Shown piece after piece: positions 38,674 through 52,433 of a stretch of DNA of 64,000 nt (position 1 is its first letter; each line of letters opens with the position of its first letter). The notes under the pieces were generated by a model that did not search any database, was not told the origin of the DNA, and saw nothing but the letters and a program-made list of their open reading frames with translations. Origin of the DNA: the human T2T-CHM13v2.0 reference genome, Homo sapiens; the NCBI RefSeq assembly GCF_009914755.1, contig NC_060941.1. One strand, 5' to 3'. The translations under genes were made by a program, and so were the position numbers.

Positions 38674-39350
38674 TGTGGAGTGCACCCGGATGTCAGAGTT
38701 TGTTTTTCTGTTTATAATGCTTTGTTTGTTTTGTTTTGATCTAAGATCATTGAGACATCAGGCATTGTCTGATTGGGCTAGGGACTCAGCAGGGCTGATC
38801 TGTGATTTCTGGAGTCTTCAGAGAAAGCTTCCTGTATGTTTTCCTTCCTACTTACACCCAACCAGAAGCTTAAGGCAGCTGGGGATGGGGAGAAGGGGGT
38901 GATTCATCTTTCTAATAAAACACATCCATCCAGTTTCCTGGGGAAACACATTGGAGAGATCCCCAGGCAAGACTCAGGGAAATAAAGTAATAATGTTATC
39001 AGTCTTCACAGAGCTATTTAAATACAGATTAGGTTGCTGGGAGATGAAAGGGGGCCCCTTTTGTTATGAAAATGAAGGGAGATGGGAGGGTTGAGTTTGT
39101 GTTTTGATATGTTAATCAGCTTGGAAGCCACCCAGGGTAGGGACGGGTGGGGAGGCTGAGTTGCCTGGCATATTTATTTGTTCAGTTTAATTTAACAGCT
39201 AGGCTACAACTGGGCTGCAGTCGGGATTGTGTAAAGATGATTACAGCCCTATTATTAATCAGATGCCTGCAGGAGACGGCTCATAGCTTGCTGCTGCCTT
39301 GGCTGCATACAGATCTGCAGCCGCCCTGACACGGCACCAATGTGGTCTCA

Positions 39351-39369
39351 TTCCGCCATCTAGTGGCAC
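39351..39369 (-). promoter_or_regulatory. Predicted CTCF binding site
   Basis: Reverse strand reads GTGCCACTAGATGGCGGAA, a close match to the CTCF core, in non-repeat DNA with the CpG intact. Confidence 0.65.
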
Positions 39370-39980
39370 TGCCAGGAATTGTTCTGGGAAAGTCAGAAAA
39401 ACAAAGTATTTTGGTTTCTTTTTAAATGATGCGGCCACCTTCTAGAACAAAACAGAAACTGCTGCTGTTTCTGAAGAGATAAGATATAGAAAGGTCTTTG
39501 GAAATTAAGTGACCAGTCTTCCCTTTTTACCGATGCTGAATTTGAGGTCTGAGACAGTAATTTTTTCAAGGACATAGTTTTTTTTTTATTGCGACTAGAA
39601 TTTTGAATTCCAAATCCATTGATTTTCCTAACATACCAATGTATATAAACACGGATACGTCTCCATCCCTCACGCTTTCATCCATTCTGTTTTTCAACTC
39701 TTCTGTATAACGTTTTGGTTTACTTTTTCTTTCCTTTGGATTCAGATCCCGATTTCATTTAATTCTAGTTTCCCCTGCTCCCTGCATAGAATGACTTAGA
39801 GTCCAATTAAGAAACAATTACTCCAGCTGATGGAGGGTCAGGGGAGCTGCAACAGCAAAGAATGAACTGTCCTGTAGAACTGGTAGACTTAGGGGGCAGA
39901 CCGGGCGTGCTGAGAGGCAGCGGGAGGCTGGGAGGGAATGCTAGGCTTTGGAGCTTTCCTCAGCCCAGCTTAGGGAAGCC

Positions 39981-40014
39981 GGGGGTGGGGGTGAGGGATG
40001 GGGTGGGGGTGGGG
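39981..40014 (+). other. G-quadruplex-forming motif
   Basis: gggggtgggggtgagggatggggtgggggtgggg: six G-runs, loops of 1-3 nt. Confidence 0.75.
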
Positions 40015-40450
40015 AAGATTATACTTTGGTTTTACTCTTGTTAAAGATGTCCTTCTGTTAACATCCCACATTTGTCTTCTAAGCACCACCTGACAGAGCA
40101 GGCACTGGGAAGGAGTGAAGAGCAAGGCAAGTCCCTGCCCTCTAGAAGGTTGCAGTCTGGGTAGAGACTGACCCAGGAACACATACACAGAGTAGGGTCA
40201 TTTTTCCAAGAGTAGACTCAGCTGGTGGCCCTCTGAGAGTCGGCCCTTTCAAACAGAAATTTAAAAAAATATTAAAATTAAGATAAAAAAGAGTTTCACT
40301 TTTTCCTCCATACCTCTCAGAGGAAATTAAAATGAATCTAATTTATAACCTTAGCACCACTTCTTCTAACCCCTTTCTCTTCACCTCAATCATTCCCATA
40401 CTCTACACTCTGAACACTTTCATTAGCAAAAAAAAAGTCAAAAGGTGGGG

Positions 40451-42118
40451 TGGTTAGAAGAATGAAAAGACAAGCCACAGACTGGAAGAAAACATTTACA
40501 AAGCACATATCTGAAAAAGGAATTATATCCAAAATATACAAAGAACTCTTAAAATTCAATACTAGCAACATAAGCAAACCAATTAAAAAATGGGCCAATG
40601 ATCTTAACAGACATCTCACCGAAGAAAAGATATATGTATTTATGACTCTTTCATGTCTTTTGGGGACTGGATAGACCATTTCCTTTTATCATTGAATAAT
40701 ATCCATGGTATGGGTCTACATAGATGGCAGATAAGTATACAAAAAGATGCTCCACATCAATGTCATTAAGGAACTGCAACTTACAACAAGAGTGAGATGC
40801 CACATACACCTCTGACAATGGCTAAAATCCAAAACACTGACATCACCAGATGCTGGTGAGGAGGTGGAGCAATAGCAACTCCCATTCATTGCTGGTGGGA
40901 ATACACAATGTTGCAGCCACTTTGGAAGAAAGTTTAGCAGTTCCTTATGGAATCAAACATATTCTTACCATATAATCCACCAATCAAGCTCCTAGGTATT
41001 TCCCCAAACAAGTTAAAAACATACATCCACACAAAAACCTGCACACAAATGTTTATAGCAATGTTATTTATAATTGCCAAAGAACTGGAAACAATGGAAG
41101 CAATCAAGATGTCCTTTAATAGGTGGATGAATACACTGTGGTACATCCAGACAATGGAATATTATTCAGTGATATAAAGAAATTGGTTGTCAAGCCATAG
41201 AAAGACATGGAGAATCCTAAATATGTATTGCTAAGTGAAAGAAATCCATCTACAAAAGCTACATACCGTATGATTCCAGCTATATGACATTCTGGAAAAG
41301 GCAAAACTATGGAGACAGTAAGAAAATCAGTGGTTGCCATGGATTGGGGGAAGAAAAGGAGGGAAGAAGGGGTGAAGCTTGGGGGTGGGGGTCTTTTTGG
41401 CCAGTGAAACTATCCTGTATGATACTGTAGTAGTGGACACGCGTCATCATACATTTGTCAAAACCCATAGAATTGTATAACACAAAGAATGAACCCTAAT
41501 GTAAACAATGGACTTTAGTTAGTAATGTGAAAAGAAAAACTTCAGCTGAATTAAATTTAAAGGAGTTTAATTGAGCAATGAACAATTCGTGAATGGGGCA
41601 ACCCCTAGAATCACAGCAGCTTCAGAGAGACTCCAGTGCAGCCGTGTGGTGGAGGAAGATTCATACACACAAAAAAGGGAAGTGACGTAAGGAAATCGGA
41701 AGTGAGATACAGAAACAACTGGATTGGTTACAGCTCATCCTTTGCCTTATTTGAACACGGTTTGAACACTTGGCGGTGTATGAGTGGTTTGAAGTATGGC
41801 TACTGGGATTGGCCAAGACTCAGCTATTGTTACAGGTGCATACTCCTAAATTAGGTTACAGTTCATCCACGAGGTCTCAAATATAGAAGTACAGAGTCCT
41901 TCTCAGGCCATATTTAGGTCACTTTAACAGTAACAATGTATCAATATTGGCTCATCAATTGTAACAGATATATCACACTAATGCCTGTTGTTAATAACAG
42001 GGGAAACTGCAGCTGCCGGAAGAGAGCGTACATAGGAACACTCTATACTTTCTGCTCCATGTTTCTATGCAACTAAAACTGCTCTAAAAATCAATTTTAA
42101 AAACAAAAAATAAAAAGA
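40451..42118 (+). mobile_element. L1MC-type 3' portion, interrupted by MER57
   Basis: ORF2-like 'MKRQATDWKKTFTKHISEKGIISKIYKEL' and 'LPYNPPIKLLGISPNKLKTYIHTKTCTQMFIA'; 3'UTR and A-rich end. Confidence 0.9.
41526..41929 (-). mobile_element. MER57 (ERV1) solo LTR with 4-bp TSD GTAA
   Basis: Reverse strand begins 'tgttaaagtgacctaaatatggcctgagaaggactc' and ends 'aaatttaattcagctgaagtttttcttttcaca'; GTAA at 41522-41525 and 41930-41933. Confidence 0.9.
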
Positions 42119-42679
42119 TGGGTGGGAAGGGGTACTGATTCCCTTCCTCCACCCCAGCCTCCCTGCACCACCTCTCTATCCCTGTTCTTTATGGGGTAGG
42201 TTGTCTGAATCTCTCCCTTGCATGTCCCTCCCCTCTTCTCTCACCTTTGAGAATCAACTCTTCTCAGCCCATCTTCAGATTCTGCTCCTAAAACATCAGG
42301 GATGATGGTGGGGGGAGGGGTGGAGAGTCCATCCGAGTTGGCAGGTGGCGTTCCTTCTGGTTAGAGGGGTTGTGCATATTCATTGTGAGAAGGTTCCCAG
42401 CATCTGGGCTCCGGATGTCACACAGACACTCCGATAAAGCTATGGACATACCCTAAGGCCTCCTAGCTCTAAGCAGGCCCAGCAGCTCAGAGGTCACCCC
42501 TGAGCTCCTGGGGGCTTCCTGCTCCTGGGAGCAGCTAATTGTTTATGCATCTCTCTCCCTGGGTAAACTGCAAACTCTGAAAGGTGAAGACTACATCTAA
42601 TTCATGCTGTTGTTCCTTCTCAGAATAACTCTAGCATCTAAGGCAGAGTATATGATCAAACTTCAATTATCAAATAAAT

Positions 42680-43480
<801 letters not shown>

Positions 43481-43619
43481 GCATCATTCACTGGAGATGT
43501 TTCCTTCCTGGTTTGGTTTATCTTTCTGAGTCTCTCTTTGGGATGTCCCTAAGCTCATAGGCTTATGCTAAGCAGAAACCTGCTCTTAGAGATGAATGAT
43601 ACATTTGAATGGACGTCAT

Positions 43620-43935
43620 TGGAGACTGAATGCTTTAGTTGATCATTTAACACCCTTCATTGGGTAACAAAATCTACCAAACACTGTGCTCTGTTTGGGA
43701 CATACTGAAAGGGAAATTAGTTCTTGGCCTTCAAGGAGTTTGCAGGAGAACAGGGAGGCAGTCATGTAATGAAGAAATACTAGATCTAACGTGACGTAAG
43801 AGTGTGCAAACATAAACACGCAGGATACAGAGGGGACCAAAGGAAGAGGTGACCCACTGGGTGAAGAAGGCATCAGAGGATATTTACAGAGGAGATGTTG
43901 CAGCAGCTGAGCCTTCACAGGCAAGTTAGGTGCAC
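43620..43935 (-). mobile_element. L2 3' fragment
   Basis: 'tcatttaacacc...ttcttggccttcaaggagtttgca...ggcatcagaggatatttacagaggag'. Confidence 0.65.
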
Positions 43936-44779
43936 GAGGAGGGCAGAGAGGGCCCCTGTGATGTGCAGGGTGACCCCCTCAACATGGTGATGGATGATAA
44001 GCAGGGTGGGGAAGGGAGTGGGCATCATGACCGGGAACATTTGCTCCAATCTTGCTAAGCGCATGTGTGCATGGTCAGTACACCCAGCCGGCAGCTCTGC
44101 TTCCCGTTTTCCCTGTAATTGAACATTGCACCCCAATACTCTATCAGCATGATCTGAACAGGCTTGATCAATGAACAAGACAACCTTCAAATGGACCAAC
44201 AGGATAAGTGGCATGGCCTTCAGCCAGCCAGGGCACCTGACCACAGGTCATCAATGTCTCCCCAGAGCCTTTGGACTGCTGACCACTGACCTATTCAATG
44301 CCAGCCTTGGCTCTGAGACAGCTGCTGACAGAGTCACCTGCAGGACTTTCCAAACACCAGCCCCTCAGATGGCAAGTGCAGCTCAGGTGTCTTTATGGAA
44401 TTATCTATCAGATGCTCCTTATCACCAGAAAGTTGTTGGGCCTGCAGCTTTAGGATTAAGAGTTCAGAAATAAGTTCCCATATACACACTAGGGAGGGGA
44501 CCTGTTTCAGATGTCAGAGCTCCAACTCAATTTTTTGACAGCAAGCCAAGGTGGCCTTCTGAAAGGATCACTCTGTCCTTCCACTGTCCTGCCACCTGCA
44601 CAAGTGAGACCTACACTCACAAGAGCCAGGGCTTACCTTCTAGCATCTGGACCCAGGAGATGTTTCTGAGCTCCCACCTGGGCTGGGAAGGGCACTTCCT
44701 GCCCCTGCCAGCAGAGACTCTGAGGTAGGAAAGTTACTAAACACTTAGAGAAGGTAAAGAGAAATCTTCAAGGTAAAGT

Positions 44780-45089
44780 GACAGCCCAAAGAGAGGCCCA
44801 GAAAGATAAACAGAACAGGAAGGAACAATCTCCAGTGGAAGATGCTGTATTGGTTTTCTCTTGCTGTTGTAACACATCAGGAACTGAGTGGCTTTAACAC
44901 AACACAGACGTAGGGTCTTATAGTTCTGGACGAGATAAGTTGGAAATAGGTTTCACTGGGCAGAAACCAAGGTGACAGCAGGGTCACACTCCACACAGAG
45001 GTTTTGAGGAGAATCCATTTCCTTGCCTCTTCCAGCTTTGGTGGCTGCCAGCATTCCTTGGCTTCTGGCCACCTCAGTCCAATCTCTTC
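44780..45089 (-). repeat. Inverted duplicate of 43235-43547 (MLT1D 3' part plus ~67 bp of flank)
   Basis: Reverse complement aligns through the LTR terminus into the flank; 73/80 identity over 43401-43480. Confidence 0.92.
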
Positions 45090-45381
45090 AGAGGTCCTGA
45101 TACTAGTGAAGGAACAAGAGGACACTAATGTTGGGCTCTAGAGGGAGAACGCCCAGGGAGTTTCCTGATTCTTATCATGACTAGAATCCTTCCTGCCCTT
45201 CTCTTCCTTTTCCTCAGCCCCAGGAGGAGAACGAGGAGTGAGATTCTGGAAGATTCTCTTTGCTGTCATTGTACTACTGTCCCTATTCTAACAAGGGACA
45301 AAGTGAAGACACTTTCTCACTTGGGACTTCCTCCTAGTTACTAGCAGATTCTCCTGCTGGACAAAAGGCAGAAGTTTCCCA

Positions 45382-45474
45382 GGGTAGGCATGGTGACTCA
45401 CACCTGTAATCCCAACACTTTGAGAGGCTGAGAGGTGGAAGGATTGCTTGAGGCCGGGAGTTCGAGACCAGCTT
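45382..45474 (+). mobile_element. Alu left-monomer/FLAM fragment
   Basis: 'ggcatggtgactcacacctgtaatcccaacactttg...gagttcgagaccagc'. Confidence 0.85.
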
Positions 45475-46079
45475 CCCTCCCTGGCTGGATGTTAGAGTTC
45501 TGCTCTTTCTGCCTGCTCCCCACTGTTCATTTTGCACTTAATGGCCTTGATGATGACTGAGAAATTCACAAGATCTTTGGACCAGCTCCTTACTTCAATT
45601 TAAGTCCAAACAGGAGGTTGGGGCACATAGCTCTCAGCTGACCCCACAACAAATACAGCTCTTAGACTTCTTTCCCTGAGCCCCATGTTTTATAGATAAC
45701 AGGAGTATACACAAGTAAATGTATCAAAACACTCTTCTGTATTCTGCTCTCAGGATCCACAGTTCAGCATTTTCTCAGAACAACCTGCAACCTTAAACAT
45801 CTGTTCTGTGACTGACACTTTTAGCCCCAAGAAACATCCCTTTCCCACCCAACTCTTGCCCCATGTCCTCCAAACCAAAGGCAGCTGTGTTGGCATTCCA
45901 GGCAGGTGTGTGCTGAGAGGCTGCAACCTCAGAGGCCGACAGTGCTCTGGAAGATTGGGAGGGTATGAGCTGCAGAAGCCTTTCCGTAAGCAAAAAGAGA
46001 AATTAATTAACTTGTCGAATCCTCCCTCTCAGATAGCTTGAGAACAATTGATTTCTGCATAAAGAGGATGATCCAATTC

Positions 46080-48892
46080 TTGCTTATTTGGTTGCAATGT
46101 GTGGTTCTGATGAAACTCATGACTTGCTGCAGTATTCACAAAACCGCAAACACTGTACATGGTGGCTGAAGATCATGTAGCAATAATAACCAAAATTCAT
46201 CCTTTTCTTAAATGTGTGTGTGTGTGTATATATGTGTGTGTAGGTACTGTATATGTAACATCTGGGAAGTGTGATACCAATTCTTAACATTATTGTCATA
46301 TGAGTATAGATATTGCTACCAGAGCCAGTGAGAAGCTTAATATAAGTGATAGAGATTTTGTAATGAGATTCACATATTCAATATTTTTTGAGAAAATTAT
46401 TTATTGTATACAGTCCCATTGCATTGTTTGAACATGTGTATAAAATGTATAGTCCTTTTATGAACCTAAGGATTGCTTTACTACTATTGACAATCCCAGT
46501 TGCTACTGTTTGCTATGGTTTGAACGTTTGTCCCCTCCAAAACTCATGTTAAAATATAATCCCCAGTGTGGTAGAATACATTAAGAGGTGGGGCCTTTAA
46601 CAGGTGATTGAACAACAAGGGCTCTGCCCTCATGAATGGATTAATCCATTCACGGATTAATAGATTAATGAGTTAGTGGATCCATGGGTTATCATGGAGG
46701 GGGAGCTGGTGGCAATGTAAGAAGAGAAAGGGCATCCTGAGCTAGAACATTAGCATGCTTGAGTCCCTTTGCCATGTGATACCCTGTGCCGCCCCAGGAC
46801 TCTGCAAAGAGTTCCCAACAAGAAGAAGGCTCCCACCAGATGTGGCCTTTTTACCTTGGACTTCTCAGCTTCCTTAAATGTAAAACATAAATTCCTTTTC
46901 TTTATAAATTACCCAGTTTCAAGTATTCTGTTATCAGCAATAGAAAGCAAGCTAATACCAAAAAAAAAAAAATGGTATTGAGAAGTGGGGTGTTGCTGAT
47001 AACAGATACCTGAAAATGTGTAAGCATTTTCAGAAGCTGGAAGAATTTGGAAGAGCAGGCTAGAAAAAGCCTAGATCCTAGTGAGGGCTTAAAAGACAAG
47101 AAGATAAGGGAAAGTTTGGAACTCCTCGGAGATTTGTTAAGTGGTTGTGACCAGAATACTGGTAGAAATATGGACAGTAAAGACCATTCAAATGAGGTTT
47201 CACATGGAGGTGGTGAACAAGGTATTGGAAACTGGAGTAAAGGCCATCCTTGTTGTAAATTGGCAAAGAGCTTGGCTGAACTGTGTCCATGCCAGAGGGT
47301 GCTGTGGAAGGTGGAATTTAAGAGTAACAGAAGAGCATATCTGGCGGAAAAAATTTCTAAACAGCAAAATGCTCAGGCTGCTTCATGATTACTTCTAACT
47401 TCTTATGGTGAACTGCTAGAGAAAAGGGAAACAGAGTGAAAAAATTGGAAAAACGTACAGCCTGGCCATGTGGGAGATAATAATAAAAAGTATGTTCAGA
47501 AGAAGCCAAGGATGCAGCCTGTTGACCTTTTGCTAAAGAGATTCATATGGATAGAAGGGAGCCAGGTTCTATTCCTCAAGACAATGGAAGAAAGACCCTG
47601 AAGGCCATTTCAGAGATCTTTGAGGCTGCCCCTCCCATCACAGGTTCAGAGGCCTAGGATGGCAGAATGGTTTCAGGGGACAAGCCTGAGGTCCTCATGA
47701 TGGCCTTGCTGCTCAGAGTCACCTCAGGGCTCTGCTCCCTTCACCCCCATGCAGTGCTCCTTGGCTACCCCAGCCTTGGATCAAGTGGTCCCAGGTGTGG
47801 CTTGTGCTGCCGCTCTAGAAGGTACAAGTCCATGTGGTGCTAATTCTATAGGATGACAGAAAGCAGAAGCTGTGGAGGCCACCCAGATTTCAAAGGATGG
47901 TATAGAAAGCCTGGTGACCCAGGCAGAGACTTGTTGCAGGGGTAGAGCCACCACAAAGTCCCCACTAGGGTAATGCCTAGTGGAGCCATGGGAACACACT
48001 CTCACCAGATGTAGCCCCTTGACCTTGGACTTCCCAGCCTCCAGAACTCTAAGAAAGAAATTTGACTTCATTATAAACTGCAGTTTCAGGTATTGTGTTA
48101 TGAGCAACAAAAAGCAAACTAAGATACTGTCTCACCAGAGCAGTTTGTTCAAATTGGAATTAATTTTGAAAAAATAAAAGTATCTAAGAATTATAATGAC
48201 TCAAAAAAAATGGACTTATTTGACATAGCATTAAATAAAACATATATTATGTGAAAATACTGACTACAACACAATTAGCGATTCTGCTGGAATGAAAGCA
48301 GGAAAAATATTTTATGGAATATATATATAGTATTTATAAATAATGTATGTTTTTATTTTATTACTCATTTGAACATCACTGGATTGTCAACAGAACACCC
48401 AGATATGTGCAATAAAAATTGAAATCAGTCATCTTTGATGTTTTGCTGACTTTCAGACCTATACAAATCATAGCCAGATTTTATAAAGCAAGATATAAGT
48501 GTGTGTATATATATATAAAGCTCTCTCTATAGATATGCATATATATAAAGCTATATATGTGTGTGTGTGTGTGCCATAGATTTATATATAAACAAACATA
48601 GCAAAATTATTTATGTGTATATAAAGCAGGATATATGCAAGATATATATATATATACACATACACACATACACAAATATGTATGGGTATGTGGGTGTGTG
48701 TGTATATATATAAAACCTTACTTTACATATACATGTATATACATAATTATAAGGTGTATTCTTGAAGGTAAGAGGACAGAACTTATTTACTTTGATGAGG
48801 GAGTTGATTTTTGTCTCTTGAATATTTAGACTTATGGTCTATGGGCTGCCATTGTTCTCTTCTTGAGCCCTTTAAATTTAAGAGTGGTCCTG
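46080..48892 (+). mobile_element. Zaphod-like hAT-Tip100 DNA transposon remnant split by an MST provirus
   Basis: Decayed hAT dimerisation domain: MNLRIALLLLTIPVATV (from 46460), then after the MST SPEQ..KYLRIIMTQK..DYNTISDSAGMKAGK; terminus 'gagtggtcctg'. Confidence 0.7.
46511..48126 (+). mobile_element. MST (MSTB2/C-like) MaLR provirus: 5'LTR 46511-46960, internal ~46961-47990, partial 3'LTR ~47995-48126
   Basis: LTR 'tgctatggtttgaacgtttgtcccctcc'; MaLR-int peptide 'RESLELLGDLLSGCDQN..IGNWSKGHPCCKLAKSLAELCPC'; TSD ctgtt/ctgtc. Confidence 0.88.
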
Positions 48893-50569
48893 TCCCCAGG
48901 CCCTGACTTTGCAACAAACCTGCAGTACCTGATTTTGTGAAATGCATGTATTAAACCTAAACAAGAGGCGCTTCCTTCTAAAATATTTGGTTAGCAGACT
49001 GGCTCTTGTATTCTAGGGCAATAATTTTTGGCTGAATGGGATACTCAGGTAGCTTATTAGATTCCAGTCTAGACACACCTGGATGAGTGTGTACCAGGTG
49101 TAGACATTCCTCATTCATCTGTTCTAAATCCAAAGGCAGCAGCTCATGACACTTTAGCTTTCTTTTTCTTTCTCCCTTTCCCACCAATTCTCTATGTCCA
49201 AACTTTCTGCCACCTTCATCCCAATCCATAGACTATCCTGCAAATACACTATTCTCAGATGTCACAGTTTAAGAGATTTTGTTGGATGGATTGAGTAATT
49301 TTTTTGTGTTGTTAAAATCCAGAGGGAACTGAGTGGTGCTTGGATTGAATCTGCTGGTTGGGTTATGGGAAATCAGCCATTTTGGAATGGGTGCTGGCTG
49401 AATGAAGGAGCTCTGTAGGGAATCCGGGGGCCCTCAACACAGGGATGGGATGGGGGAAGGCTGCCTGAACTCATGCCAGGCTCTGACTGAGCACCAGGAC
49501 TGATTCAGAGGGACCACTCCAAAGGATCTTGCTGCAGATGTGGTCTGGCCTGGAAAAATATTCCAGTCCCAACTGGAATGGAGTGATCAACTCTCAGGGA
49601 GGGACTTCAGCTTGAGATGGAAGACGTGAGCTTATGCCAGTGGTGGCTCATGTGGTCCAGGCTGAAAGAAATGCCATGGCCAAGAACACAAACATATGAT
49701 TTCAAAATGACACCAGTTACCATGGAGCCCCTCATACACTATGAAAGAGAAGCACAGTTGACTCTAATCATCTTCTACATTCACTTTTCTCTACCTTCTA
49801 TTTCCCTCCCACCCTACAGCTGAGAATACAAACCTGTTTCAAAGCCCACCTAAGACCTCCCCAGCGCAAGGGCTTTTTTTTTTTTTTTTAACTTTCTACC
49901 ACCCTTTCCAGAGTCCTCATTTCAAAGCCCACAAATCAGTTCAACCACTACTTGACCTTCCTAGGAGTCAGGGGGTAGGGATGGAACTGAGTGAGGACAG
50001 CCAGCACTCTCTATGGTAGGCAAGGGTGGATGAAGGCATGGAAAAACTGGTTCACTGACAAATGTCAGCAGGTCACACCTTCTTAAACTGAAAGGAGAAA
50101 TGAGTGGGCCATTTGATCTTGCAAATGCCTGTAGCAGGGGCTCAGACCCAAGCGAACTCAGCAGGTGCTGAGAATGGTATGTAGGCTCCAGGCAGGCTGT
50201 GGAGGTGGCACAGCCCTGGAGGAATGGTGACATGGCAATGCTAAGCCCCAGATTTATGGAGGGGGGCAACCACCACATTGGGTCCTGGGACCCAAAAGAC
50301 CTCACAGGATTGAAAAGATATCAACCATTTATAATATTCTCAGGGATTACAGCTCATACCCCATTCTCCATGTTTTGGATGGGGAGAAGAATTTGAATAA
50401 GGGGGAAGGAGTGGGTTATGGGAGCTTGTATTCTGGAAGCAGGCTGATGTGGTGTGCAGCAACTCACTTTTATAGTGAGTTTGCTTACCCTGAAGTTTTG
50501 GGTTCACTGAATGCAGAAACATGATGACCAGACCATTATAGTCACCATTTCATGGCTGCTCCATGAAGT

Positions 50570-51042
50570 GGTGATACCAGTGGTTTCCTCCCCAGGTCTA
50601 CTCTTTAGAGACACAGTCTATAACCATTTTCAGAAAGGCCGCTCCCATAGTCCTTACTAAGTGGACACATGACTCCTCTCCTGGCCATAGCCGTTGCACA
50701 GCAATGGATACACGACTCAGTCCAGGCCAAGTGTATTTTTTATGTTTGAACTTTGTTAGCACTGGGCTCAAAGATACTGTATTTGATGGTAGGAGGGCAC
50801 TGGGTGTCCCATGTTAGAGCAGCCATGGTTGGGGATGAATATGTGAGGAGAGAAAAAGGTTGCAGATGGGCAGAGAAGCAGAGGTGAGTGACTCCTGGAG
50901 AGGAACCTCAGTCCCTGACTTCCAGTCCGTTGCGGGGCCTTGGCTCCTGTCAGATACTTTTCTGTCCTTCTTGTTGCTCTGTTTTATTTAAGCTGGTAGA
51001 GTAGGCCCCATCTTTGCAATGACAAGATCCCTGAATCAGACA
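50570..51042 (+). mobile_element. MLT1K/L-like LTR
   Basis: 'ctcctggccatag...gactcagtccaggccaa', end 'ttaagctggtagagtagg...tttgcaatgacaagatccctgaatcagaca'. Confidence 0.55.
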
Positions 51043-51499
51043 GGGAAAGGGAAGCCTACAGAGGAGAATGAACTTGACCAATGTTACACAGTTAAGTTAG
51101 AACCAGTATCAGATCTCTGACTCCAATTCCAGGGCTCTTTCCCCTCAACCATGCTGCCCCCAGCTTCAGTGAACCATGAGGAGCTCTCAGGATACAAGTC
51201 TCCTGACTACGACTTCTTGGAGTTCAGAGACCATATGTCTTGTTGATTGATCTCTCTCCAGGATTTAACATCATGCTTGGTGCATAGTATGTGCTCAGTA
51301 AATATCTGTAGAATGAATGAAGAATGAGTGGAGGAAGAACACAGCTTTAGGCTCATGATCTGGTCACTCTGTTCACTTAATTCAGATCAGCAGGGCAGGA
51401 AAGGGTGGGATGCTAGCTCCCATCTCTAGCCCTGACCTTCAGGTCTTTCAGCCCTTCCTCACTAAATTCAAGAGCATCCTCTGGTTCCATAGCAGAAGG

Positions 51500-51883
51500 G
51501 CCTTTTCCCTTCTCCTTGGGCACTGGGATGGATTGCGTTATCTATTGTTTACTAGTTTCCAGTTCCATTGCCAGGGGAGGGTTATGCTTTCCCTCCTTTC
51601 AAACTTAGGTGCACCCAAGTGACCTGCTTTGGACAAAGAAATGTGAGTGGAGGTGAGATGAGTCACTACTGTGCAGAAGTTTTAGGAGCCACTGCCGGAC
51701 ACATTTTCTCTTTCCTCTGCTGCATATTCCAAATAATGGCTGCTCCTTCCTTCTGGGTCCCAGAGTGAGTGAGGATGGTGCTGAGAAGATCCCAGGCCAA
51801 CCTATGGTAGACATATGTAAAGTCACTGAGATTTTCTGGTTGCCTGTTACTGAAGCACAGCTTGCCTTTTTATGACTGATCCA
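51500..51883 (+). mobile_element. MLT1I/J-like LTR
   Basis: 'gtgacctgctttggacaaagaaatgtgagtggaggtga...cactgagattt...tgttactgaagcacagc...gactgatcca'. Confidence 0.7.
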
Positions 51884-52027
51884 GGGCCCTTACCCTCTCT
51901 TGACAGGTCCCTTTCCCCCAGCCCTATTCTTAGAAACCACTCTGCTTATCTTTGTTTGTGTTGGAGGATTTCCCCTGCATCAACTCCATCCTGGGGGCTG
52001 CCCTCCTACCCCAACAAGCCTTTTCTA

Positions 52028-52378
<351 letters not shown>

Positions 52379-52433
52379 TCAGAATGAGAATGTACTGTCC
52401 TGGAGCAGCCAGCATTCACTGAGCCTTAGTGGG

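Noticed and set aside
47047-47388. 113-aa ORF as a domesticated retroviral gene
   Set aside because: Short remnant of the MaLR internal ORF, with a non-ATG start and decayed flanks
48500-48740. Second AT-rich palindrome
   Set aside because: Only short (TA)/(TG)/(CA) self-complementarity; no long perfect arm found
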